Positions 20,701 to 26,819 of a stretch of DNA of 49,949 bases are shown here, one piece after another. Position 1 is the stretch's first letter. Each line of letters starts with the position of its first letter. The stretch is taken from positions 1-49,949 of IMG/VR virus record IMGVR_UViG_3300044556_000087, one strand, 5' to 3'. The position numbers and the translations under genes were made by a program. Under the pieces are notes generated by a model that had not been told where the DNA came from, did no database searches, and worked only from the letters and a program-made list of their open reading frames with translations. This stretch comes from a virus.

Positions 20701-21643
20701 GTTCCGTATGAAGTATACCCAGGGGACAACGCTCAACTGGGGAAACGGCATCCCTGTACAGGATGGGCTCATCACCAGTCAGCCATACGAAACGCAGACG
20801 GTCCGGCAGGGTGTCCATGCAGTCATGATTAAGGCTGTCGACAATGCGGGAAACGAGAGCATCAATTTCGCGTACTGCCTGCTGGATATGGGCGACCTGC
20901 TCGAACAAAACGTTCTGTATTACAAAGACTATGCCGCCAATAACTGGGCAGAAACAAAGCATAACGGCTACCTTGAAACAGACGGCTATCTGTATCCGGT
21001 CAACAATACGGATATGTGGGAATCGGCTGCCAGCTACCGCTGGGATAATGCCGATGCCGCTGCCTGGTCGAACAACTGGCAGCCGTACACCGTGACTGCC
21101 GAGTTTACCGCTCCCGTTAGCGGTCAGATGTGGTTAAAATACGATATCGACGGTCCGGCCATCGTCTACTATCGCGAGGTGCTGGATACGGCAGCATGGG
21201 ACAGCGACGATGCGCCAGCGTGGATCAGCGTCAATACGGCTGCCTGGGAACTTGACGAAATGAAACTCTGGAAACAGTATTCTGACCGCATCAACATTGC
21301 AGCCGGCGATGAAATCCAGATCCAGATAGTCGCCTTGAACAACAACAACGAAAAAACGGTCGTCAAAGGGCTGTCGGTATACATCGACGTCCCAGACCGG
21401 AACGAACATTTCGAGGATCTGACGATTCCGGCGACAGGGATTGAACTGCCGATAGTGACACCGCACTATCACACGACAGCGGTGCACATCGACTCGGTAC
21501 AGGGCGGCAGCTCGACGACCATCCTGCAGCCGGTCATCGTGAGCCGGAATCCATGCGTGGTGAAACTCATCAACCAGAACGGAGAGGCCGTAGCCGGCAC
21601 GGTCGATATCAGCTGGCAGGGATACGTAGAGGAGGTTTTATAA
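17711..21643 (+). CDS. Fused tail assembly protein I-like / host specificity protein J-like central tip protein
   Basis: Residues 1-75 resemble the gpI beta-grasp part, followed by a Gly/Ala-rich hydrophobic stretch and PIPITYGTVRSGGQ. The later YPNIALIGIRAMATDQLSG...NPAWAAYDMVHR...AEWAAYCDQ parallels lambda J (YPNTALVGVQVDSEQFG...NMAWCLWDMLTHPRYG...IGQYCDQ). Confidence 0.85.
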   Translation: MITVVFVKNPFEPQKNREVHTLPYTKGKNVDYYVQQCTKELTLPDMVISRNSYTINGAQLVKDNDFIVFAPVVGKGHGKNPLLIIATVALSVVAMGVGGWVASGFTSYGAAGLAGASGFAAIGGYLAAAAVMFVGGTLIQRAFGTANVSGYKSSSENPTYSWSGIQTTTGQDNPIPITYGTVRSGGQTIGKYITSDSDKQYLNWLVSAGYGPLKIYDVQLNDNPIENYKDVKLDTRSGTNDQDIIPTFNDTISTKTLGYELLDDAWRTDLVTGTATQGLIIYVECSNGLYYANDKGGLDETFVEIKAQYAPEGSSDWKDFLSPHHYLESKTKYLTLNDDAAPIGEYDIKFKKSGDSCTITVGQYSTTYVTKPERTIAVGPFNWVTTHEFSAWEAIFQGKAYVRATKESADNGMIKGNKSSAIRRQYRVDNLPAGQYQVRIKVTSRGYPVTSTRAATRIWWTGVSGIVYDDFTYPNIALIGIRAMATDQLSGSPTLKFMKQRSTVYVWNPATSAYEEHDATNPAWAAYDMVHRANKITDARNGNTVYVHSGADASLMLYNQFAEWAAYCDQFKLKINIEINTSGEMLDVVNRYIAPVGRGIVELFGTKYGCCWDGPKEAVQMFGMGNIITGTFSETFLQTSDRANAVELTFTNAQKDYERDTVKVFGPTFDTDEYDTTSQLTYDGITGYEQAYREAKFQLYCNAYMVRTVSFQAAIDAIACTVGDVIYVAHDVPMWQTSGRIAAVDANTVTVNAVMRSYDSSKTYTFAYRSSANDTRYEIGCSSITVGDSTTTVVLSSVPESAPAVGDIFDIAEVSKGTKKFVVRSISRTEDMVREIEAIEYNENVFNENYTIPPMNYSDAEDDNDVRNVTNLTGRQINWKDSSGQRHARLYLSWSYPERMSYQRFTIFLSSDNSSYVTAGSSINMYFETEVNVETTYLVKVVTVNHLRNSTGTTIKVEPGTDEPPADVKALNVEKMSSGLRRYWWEFTYPDPDDIAGFRMKYTQGTTLNWGNGIPVQDGLITSQPYETQTVRQGVHAVMIKAVDNAGNESINFAYCLLDMGDLLEQNVLYYKDYAANNWAETKHNGYLETDGYLYPVNNTDMWESAASYRWDNADAAAWSNNWQPYTVTAEFTAPVSGQMWLKYDIDGPAIVYYREVLDTAAWDSDDAPAWISVNTAAWELDEMKLWKQYSDRINIAAGDEIQIQIVALNNNNEKTVVKGLSVYIDVPDRNEHFEDLTIPATGIELPIVTPHYHTTAVHIDSVQGGSSTTILQPVIVSRNPCVVKLINQNGEAVAGTVDISWQGYVEEVL

Positions 21644-22573
21644 ATGGCAGATGTAGAGAAATTGCTGGATGTCGCGCCATACCTGAAATACCCGTCGGAT
21701 GAAAGCCCAACGACTGAACAGCAGTATCAGGATTTTGTTAAAAACGTACATACGACATTAGCGAATACGCTGAACACGGTGAAACTGTGGCAACCGTCTA
21801 CGGCATATGCTGCGGACGAAATCATCTCCAGCCCGAATATGCAGCCGAACACGGTGGCCAAGGTCACGACAGCAGGTACCAGCAACAATATCGAGCCGAC
21901 CTGGACCGCTGCCGGAACGACTGTCGAAGACAACGGCTGCACGTATCTGATGGTCAGGAAATGCCAGGAATCGGCAACAGCCGACGAGGCCAAGGCCGGA
22001 ACGGATACGATGAAAATCGTCACACCGGCAGCACTGGCCGCGGTGCTGGCAGACTTTAAAAAACAAGTCATCAACGCGGCTCATCCGGTCGGAGAAATCT
22101 GGGAAACGACGACCGGCGACGACCCGAATAAACTCTGGTCATGGCAGAAATGGGTCAAGATGGACGCCGGCCGTGTGCTGGTAAGTGCCGGTACATACAC
22201 CGAAAACGGGACGTCGTACACGTACACACTCGGGGCAACCGGTGGCGAGGCGAAGCACACAATCACCATCAGTGAAATAGCATCACACAATCACGGTGCC
22301 AGCATCAGTACAGCTAATCTGACAGGTACCTGGTCAGCTAGTGGCTCACAGGGCCTTTCCAACAGCCCGAGCAATAGTTTTAGTGGCATCATCAGCGGTT
22401 CCGACTGGTCCGGTGATACTCACAGTGGCAGTAATGGTAATAACACACCAAAGACAATCACGATTAACGCCAGCCATAGCCACTCCGTTACGATAAACAC
22501 GACCGGCAACGGCTCAGCACACGAAAACCGCATGCCTTACACTGTAGTCAACCGTTGGAAGAGGACAGCCTAG
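21644..22573 (+). CDS. Tail fibre A (tail-collar-type receptor-binding protein), expressed copy
   Basis: 309 aa. LWQPSTAYAADEIISSP...EPTWTAAGTTV, DEAKAGTDTMKIVTPAAL, HPVGEIWETT...GGEAKHTITISEIASHNHG, and C-terminal GSAHENRMPYTVVNRWKRTA (collar-domain-like HxH / HxN-PY motifs). Confidence 0.8.
   Translation: MADVEKLLDVAPYLKYPSDESPTTEQQYQDFVKNVHTTLANTLNTVKLWQPSTAYAADEIISSPNMQPNTVAKVTTAGTSNNIEPTWTAAGTTVEDNGCTYLMVRKCQESATADEAKAGTDTMKIVTPAALAAVLADFKKQVINAAHPVGEIWETTTGDDPNKLWSWQKWVKMDAGRVLVSAGTYTENGTSYTYTLGATGGEAKHTITISEIASHNHGASISTANLTGTWSASGSQGLSNSPSNSFSGIISGSDWSGDTHSGSNGNNTPKTITINASHSHSVTINTTGNGSAHENRMPYTVVNRWKRTA
22268..22278 (+). repeat. Candidate crossover site A-left (ATCAGTGAAAT) inside fibre A
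   Basis: 11-bp core encoding (T)ISE(I). Its exact reverse complement is at 22871-22881, in the same codon register of the inverted cassette. Confidence 0.6.
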
Positions 22574-22881
22574 GCCGTCCGTTTCCAGCGATTAATAACT
22601 TGATAGGGCTGCCGGTTTTCATGCGCAGAACCAGAGCCCGTAGCGGAAATGCTGATATTGTGGTTATGCGAAGCTTTAATATACAACGCTCTGGTAGCAT
22701 CATTGTAATTTGATTGCCCTGTATGCACGCCATAGCGGCCGGCTGATACCGAGATTACGCCACTAGTCGATACAGAGGATGCGGCAAGTATCCCCATATT
22801 ACTATCAGTCGAGGTGATTGACCCGCTAAGGGATGTCGTTGAGCACGAAACATTGTGATCGTGAGTAGCCATTTCACTGAT
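22570..22881 (-). other. Silent inverted alternative C-terminal cassette for fibre A (about 100 aa)
   Basis: Minus-strand frame reads TISEMATHDHNVSCS...ASHNHNISISATGSGSAHENRQPYQVINRWKRTA*. It has the same start and end motifs as the expressed tip with a different middle. No RBS or promoter of its own; the ATG of track ORF 22570..22917 lies in the antisense of the next gene's RBS. Confidence 0.75.
22871..22881 (-). repeat. Candidate crossover site A-right (inverted copy of ATCAGTGAAAT)
   Basis: atttcactgat on the + strand is the reverse complement of 22268-22278. Flanking bases keep partial similarity (..GC....CAC.ATCAC..TG). Confidence 0.6.
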
Positions 22882-22902
22882 AGTTCGAAAGGAGAGATGT
22901 AT

Positions 22903-23352
22903 ATGAAGGTTTTTCAAATTTTAAAAGGACAGGTCCTCGTCATTGACGGGGACAAGCAATACTCGGATACCGTCGATAATTTCAAGACCGATGCTGGCCT
23001 TTCCAGCACTCCTGATATGGTCATCTACGACGACAATCAGGAGTGCTGTGTCGTCGATGGCAATTTTCTCGCCTACCCGAACGCACTCTATCAGTCGTAT
23101 ATCGACCGTATCGCTGAGCTCATCGCGGCCAAGGCTAAGCGCGAGTATGTCGCACCAGCCGAGCCAACCGCCGAAGAAAAGCTGGCCGCTGCGAAAGCAC
23201 AGCTCAAAGCCGATTATGAGGCCGCTGTGGAGTCGCTGACGTCTGATATGGCCACGGCACTGCTCCGGGGCGATACCGATGCCCAGAAGTCTATCCAGTC
23301 CGATTTTGCAGATTTACAGGATGCATACAAAGAAGAAAGCGAGGCACTCTAA
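22903..23352 (+). CDS. Hypothetical protein, possible fibre assembly/accessory protein
   Basis: ATG 22903 follows aaaggagag. 149 aa with a helical Ala/Glu/Lys-rich C-terminus. Lies between the two fibre loci. The functional guess is positional only. Confidence 0.55.
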   Translation: MKVFQILKGQVLVIDGDKQYSDTVDNFKTDAGLSSTPDMVIYDDNQECCVVDGNFLAYPNALYQSYIDRIAELIAAKAKREYVAPAEPTAEEKLAAAKAQLKADYEAAVESLTSDMATALLRGDTDAQKSIQSDFADLQDAYKEESEAL

Positions 23353-23486
23353 TGAAATTCAAACTCCCGAAACGCTGCGAATACTGCGCTCATAAATTAG
23401 TCGATGGTAAATGCGTCAATCCTGACTGCATCGCCTACACGAAACCGGAAACGACGACCACAGAAACGGCAGGTGACAGCAAATGA
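23352..23486 (+). CDS. Small zinc-ribbon-like hypothetical protein (44 aa)
   Basis: MKFKLPKRCEYCAHKLVDGKCVNPDCIAYTK... Start overlaps the previous stop (TAATG) and the stop overlaps the fibre B start (ATGA). Below the ORF-track size cutoff. Confidence 0.4.
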   Translation: MKFKLPKRCEYCAHKLVDGKCVNPDCIAYTKPETTTTETAGDSK

Positions 23487-24352
23487 GCATCCCGGCAGTA
23501 AAGAGTTTTACGAATTACAACAAATATAAAACCGAAACAGGGTACACCAAGCAGGGCGAACTGCAGCAGTACCTGCAGAACCAGAACGACGTACTAAGCG
23601 CCACAGCACAGGTCCTGCTCTGGCAGCCGGAAACATTGTACACCGCAGGCCAGCTGGTCTCCAGTCCATCCATGACGGCAGGGACGCTGGCACGGGTCAC
23701 AACGGCCGGGAAGACCAGTGACACGGAGCCAACCTGGACCGCATCAGGGACAACGGTAACGGACGGTACCGTCACATGGACGGTCACGAAAGCCGTCACG
23801 GACGCCGACAAAGCCACGAGCGACGAGGCTAAAGCGGGGACCAGTGACAAAGTCATCACGGCATCAACACTCAAAGCCGCCATGGATGCCGCTATCTCGT
23901 CAGCCATCAAGACGGCCACAGCAGCCATCGAGAAGCAGGTCAAGTTGGACGCACATCCTGTCGGCTCGTACTATTTTTCCGATGACAGCACGAGCCCTGC
24001 CGACCTTTTCGGAGGCACGTGGGAAGCACTGCCAGCAGGTTACACGCTCATCGCGCAGGGCTCTGGCACCGATGATTTCGGCTCGTTTAGCTACACGGCT
24101 GGACAGAAATACGGGGAACGACTCCACAAACTCACCGTCGATGAATTGGCATCACATTCGCACAGCTATACAACTATTCCTAAGACATGGGACCAAGTAA
24201 ATTACAGTAAAGATGATTTAGCTAACTGGAACGAATCGGCACGTCAGGCATCGGCAGGCGTTACATACTGGACTGATTCAACAGGCGGCGACAAAGCTCA
24301 TAATAATGTTCCGCCGGTTAAAGCCGTATATGCATGGCTTCGTATAGCCTGA
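23483..24352 (+). CDS. Tail fibre B (paralogue of fibre A), expressed copy with tip V1
   Basis: 289 aa. LLWQPETLYTAGQLVSSP...EPTWTASGTTV, SDEAKAGTSDKVITASTL, HPVGSYYFSDD...ERLHKLTVDELASHSHS, and C-terminus AHNNVPPVKAVYAWLRIA. Confidence 0.8.
   Translation: MSIPAVKSFTNYNKYKTETGYTKQGELQQYLQNQNDVLSATAQVLLWQPETLYTAGQLVSSPSMTAGTLARVTTAGKTSDTEPTWTASGTTVTDGTVTWTVTKAVTDADKATSDEAKAGTSDKVITASTLKAAMDAAISSAIKTATAAIEKQVKLDAHPVGSYYFSDDSTSPADLFGGTWEALPAGYTLIAQGSGTDDFGSFSYTAGQKYGERLHKLTVDELASHSHSYTTIPKTWDQVNYSKDDLANWNESARQASAGVTYWTDSTGGDKAHNNVPPVKAVYAWLRIA
24135..24147 (+). repeat. Candidate crossover site B-S1 (CCGTCGATGAATT) in expressed fibre B
   Basis: Encodes (T)VDEL. The same core in the same codon register heads every downstream cassette. 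Confidence 0.6.
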
Positions 24353-24355
24353 GCG

Positions 24356-24368
24356 CCGTCGAGGAATT
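24356..24368 (+). repeat. Candidate crossover site B-S2 (CCGTCGAGGAATT)
   Basis: One mismatch to S1. Starts 4 nt after the fibre B stop codon. Confidence 0.5.
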
Positions 24369-24573
24369 ACCGAACCATCATCATGCTATATATGCCGGAT
24401 ACGGCTACGATACAAGTGGCACTGCAGATGCTTACTGTTATCAGCATTGGGCTAATAACGACCAAAGGTGGCATGAAGAAGATACTATCAGCACGTCTTA
24501 TATCGGAGGTGGGACTGCCCATGCGAATCTGTCACCCAGTGTTGCAGTGTATGGCTGGAAACGTACCGCCTAG
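24356..24573 (+). other. Silent direct-orientation cassette V2 for fibre B
   Basis: Reads AVEELPNHHHAIYAGYGYDTSG...GGGTAHANLSPSVAVYGWKRTA*. The ATG of track ORF 24334..24573 lies inside the fibre B 3' end and has no RBS. Confidence 0.7.
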
Positions 24574-24577
24574 CGGC

Positions 24578-24589
24578 CCGTCGATGAAT
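24578..24589 (+). repeat. Candidate crossover site B-S3 (CCGTCGATGAAT)
   Basis: 12/12 match to S1. Starts 5 nt after the stop of cassette V2. Confidence 0.6.
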
Positions 24590-24795
24590 CAGCGCCACAC
24601 AACCACGGCCTTAGATTAAAAGGCGGTACATCTACAGATGCTAAGGACTGCTTTTTATGGGATTGGACTACTGATTGCAAGGAATCGACTCAGCCTAACG
24701 ACTCGTGGGATTTTATAGAACCATCAGGAGGCGGTCAGGCACATAATAACATCCAACCATCGTTAGCGGTCTACGCTTGGCGGCGCCAAGCATAA
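24578..24795 (+). other. Silent direct-orientation cassette V3 for fibre B (no start codon at all)
   Basis: Same frame as V2, open directly after its stop: RPVDESAPHNHGLRLKGGTSTDAKDCFLWDWTTDCKESTQPNDSWDFIEPSGGGQAHNNIQPSLAVYAWRRQA* (stop 24793-24795). Absent from the ORF track because it has no Met. Confidence 0.7.
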
Positions 24796-25009
24796 ACTGC
24801 CAAAACGGGCTGAACGTTGTTATGAGCCACGTCATTGCCAATGTACTCGGTAAACACGTTGCCGCCTTTGCCATCATCAGAATTGTCTGTATCCCATGCA
24901 CAGTTTAATACGTTAAGAATTTTTTCACCAGATTGTTTGCAAGTGATGCACACCGGCGAGCCGTCTTTCCAGATGATTTTTGCCCTAACTTTAGCTAACT
25001 CATCGACGG
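24771..25009 (-). other. Silent inverted cassette V4' for fibre B
   Basis: Minus strand reads SVDELAKVRAKIIWKDGSPVCITCKQSGEK...GNDVAHNNVQPVLAVYAWRRQA*. It overlaps V3 tail-to-tail by 25 nt. Confidence 0.7.
24997..25009 (-). repeat. Candidate crossover site B-S4 (inverted; CCGTCGATGAGTT on the minus strand)
   Basis: aactcatcgacgg on the + strand. The 10-bp core CCGTCGATGA is identical to S1 and S3 but inverted. Confidence 0.6.
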
Positions 25010-25051
25010 AGAACAACTCGGACAGCATCGGGCACGTTCGGACGGCAGACA

Positions 25052-25080
25052 CCGCTTTTGTCCGCTTTTGTCCGTTTTTA
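25052..25080. repeat. Tandem 10-mers ccgcttttgt x2 plus a degenerate third copy
   Basis: accgcttttgtccgcttttgtccgttttta, lying between site S4 and the 3' end of the recombinase gene. Confidence 0.8.
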
Positions 25081-25177
25081 TCAGCATCAAGACCTAGACA
25101 AATACCGCGTTAAGCACACAGCCACAGTAGGCGGTGTGCGTGATTACACGGCCGTTGCGTCGGCTCTTAGTATCATA

Positions 25178-26146
25178 CTACACACGGTCAATAGCCTTTT
25201 TCAGGTCAGCAAGCGTCTTGTGCGTGTATACTCCCTTTGTGATGCCTGGCCGAGCATGACCGAGAATCATGCGGATGGTCGTCTCATTGACTTCGGCACG
25301 GTCGAGCAGAGTTGCCAGCGTATGGCGTGCTTCATGGGGCGTGTGCTTCATGCTGACGGCTTTCATGGCTCTATCCCAGAGACGGCGGAAGCTGTCATAA
25401 GTCGCACAAGGACAAATCTGGCCGCTTGCTTTCCGCTCGATGAGGTACGGTAAGATTTTGTGATGGATGGGGATTTTGCGGATGCCTGCCGCTGTCTTCG
25501 ATTTCTTGATGTCGATGTATCGCTGTCGCGGCTTAATGTCAGCAGGAGTCAGCGCAAGATACTCACCTACGCGCATACCCGTATAGATGAGTATGAGTAC
25601 ATCAATGACGCCGTCGACGTCGGTCGAGCGCCAGAGCTTGCCTATCTGCCTAGCCGTAAAAGGCTTTTTCTTAAACATGATAACGTGCTTAGGCAATTCC
25701 ACAAATGGGCTTAGGTCATGGTCGACGATGCCGTTTTTGATTGCCCACTTGTACATCTGCGAGAGCAGAACACGGCACTTTTTACGGGTGCAGTATCCGG
25801 CGGGGACAGCATCGACAGCGGCCTGCAAATCTGGATATGTGATTGACGCAAAAGGCATGGCATGGAGCTGCTCTAGATGCCGATAGCTGATGCTATAGGC
25901 CGTCTGTGACGATTTGCCTATCATTTCAAAGTTCCTTGACCTCCATGCGTAGTAGACGGCAGTAAAGGTCAATTCTCGGGAGGGCGTGCAGTGATTCAAC
26001 TCAACCAAAAACTCGAACGCTTCTTGGTAGCTCTGGAAATATCCCAGGGCTTTTTGTTTGCCATCGATTGTCTTTTTAACGACAAACGGGCGCCGCCGAT
26101 TGCCTTGTAGTCGGTACACGGTACCATATCCATTTGGTAATTTCAT
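25178..26146 (-). CDS. Tyrosine recombinase (second integrase-family gene); candidate fibre-cassette invertase
   Basis: C-terminal ARHTLATLLDRAEVNETTIRMILGHARPGITKGVYTH (R..H..GH..Y catalytic pattern) and N-terminal KLPNGYGTVYRLQGNRRRPFVVKK arm-type domain. Likely start is ATG 26146 after ggaaagga; track ORF extends to 26191. Confidence 0.85.
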   Translation of the reverse strand: MKLPNGYGTVYRLQGNRRRPFVVKKTIDGKQKALGYFQSYQEAFEFLVELNHCTPSRELTFTAVYYAWRSRNFEMIGKSSQTAYSISYRHLEQLHAMPFASITYPDLQAAVDAVPAGYCTRKKCRVLLSQMYKWAIKNGIVDHDLSPFVELPKHVIMFKKKPFTARQIGKLWRSTDVDGVIDVLILIYTGMRVGEYLALTPADIKPRQRYIDIKKSKTAAGIRKIPIHHKILPYLIERKASGQICPCATYDSFRRLWDRAMKAVSMKHTPHEARHTLATLLDRAEVNETTIRMILGHARPGITKGVYTHKTLADLKKAIDRV

Positions 26147-26179
26147 GTCAATCAAATCCTTTCCGTTTGGAGGTGTAAG

Positions 26180-26467
26180 ATGATTGAGCACATTATATCA
26201 ACATTAATCATTTCGCTCCTGTCAGCTGCAGGGGCTTATTTTTTTGGAGTCTACAAAGCAACGGCAACGGTCAAAAACGGGGTCCAGGCAATCCTCCGGT
26301 ACGATATGCTGACCGCATACAGTAAATTCCGGACGTCTGGTTGCACCATCGAAGAAAAACAATCCTTTGAAAACATGTACAACTGCTACCACAAGCTAGG
26401 CAAGAACGGCGTCATGACTGCCTTCTATGAAAAAGTGATGGCTATGGAGGTAAATGATGAAAAATAA
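26180..26467 (+). CDS. Membrane-anchored lysis-module protein (holin-like or holin accessory)
   Basis: RBS ggaggtgtaag. One N-terminal TM segment (IISTLIISLLSAAGAYFFGVY). First gene of the lysis block. Function is inferred. Confidence 0.45.
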   Translation: MIEHIISTLIISLLSAAGAYFFGVYKATATVKNGVQAILRYDMLTAYSKFRTSGCTIEEKQSFENMYNCYHKLGKNGVMTAFYEKVMAMEVNDEK

Positions 26468-26819
26468 AATCATCAAGCTCGGGGAGTGGGGAAAACGCCA
26501 CTGGCTCCAGCTCATCGTTATCATGGGCGTCATCATGATGACGTTCCTGGTCCTCGTCCTCATCAGCTGGCTCATCGGCTACTGGGCAAACGCTCTCCTG
26601 GGCACGAAATTTGAGCTCATGAGTTGCTGGAGCGGGGTCGCGGCTGTGGCTAGTGGCATCGCCACCATCGTCGGCCTAGGCAAGGCCTGCTGGACCAAAT
26701 ACGGATATGACAGCCGCTATAACTCCGCTGTAGGTACTATGCCTAAAGTGGCAGAAACAGCCGCCAAAGCGGCAAATATCATCGAAAAAGCGGCAACCAA
26801 AATAGAACAGAAAGGGTGA
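26454..26819 (+). CDS. Putative holin (two or three TM segments)
   Basis: WLQLIVIMGVIMMTFLVLVLISWLIGYWA and SCWSGVAAVASGIATIVGL hydrophobic helices with a charged C-terminus. Directly upstream of the lysozyme-like gene. Confidence 0.5.
   Translation: MMKNKIIKLGEWGKRHWLQLIVIMGVIMMTFLVLVLISWLIGYWANALLGTKFELMSCWSGVAAVASGIATIVGLGKACWTKYGYDSRYNSAVGTMPKVAETAAKAANIIEKAATKIEQKG

Noticed and set aside
22855-22902. N-terminal extension of track ORF 22855..23352
   Set aside because: This stretch is the antisense of the inverted cassette and contains the right crossover repeat. A proper RBS (aaaggagag) precedes ATG 22903.
24334-24573. Track ORF of 79 aa that looks like an independent small gene after fibre B
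   Set aside because: Its ATG lies within the last codons of fibre B with no RBS. The sequence is a tail-fibre tip beginning at the shared CCGTCGAGGA motif, so I interpret it as promoterless cassette V2.
21644-25052. Diversity-generating retroelement as an explanation for the repeated fibre tips
   Set aside because: No reverse-transcriptase ORF occurs anywhere in the window. The tips differ by wholesale sequence replacement, not by adenine-specific substitutions against a template repeat.
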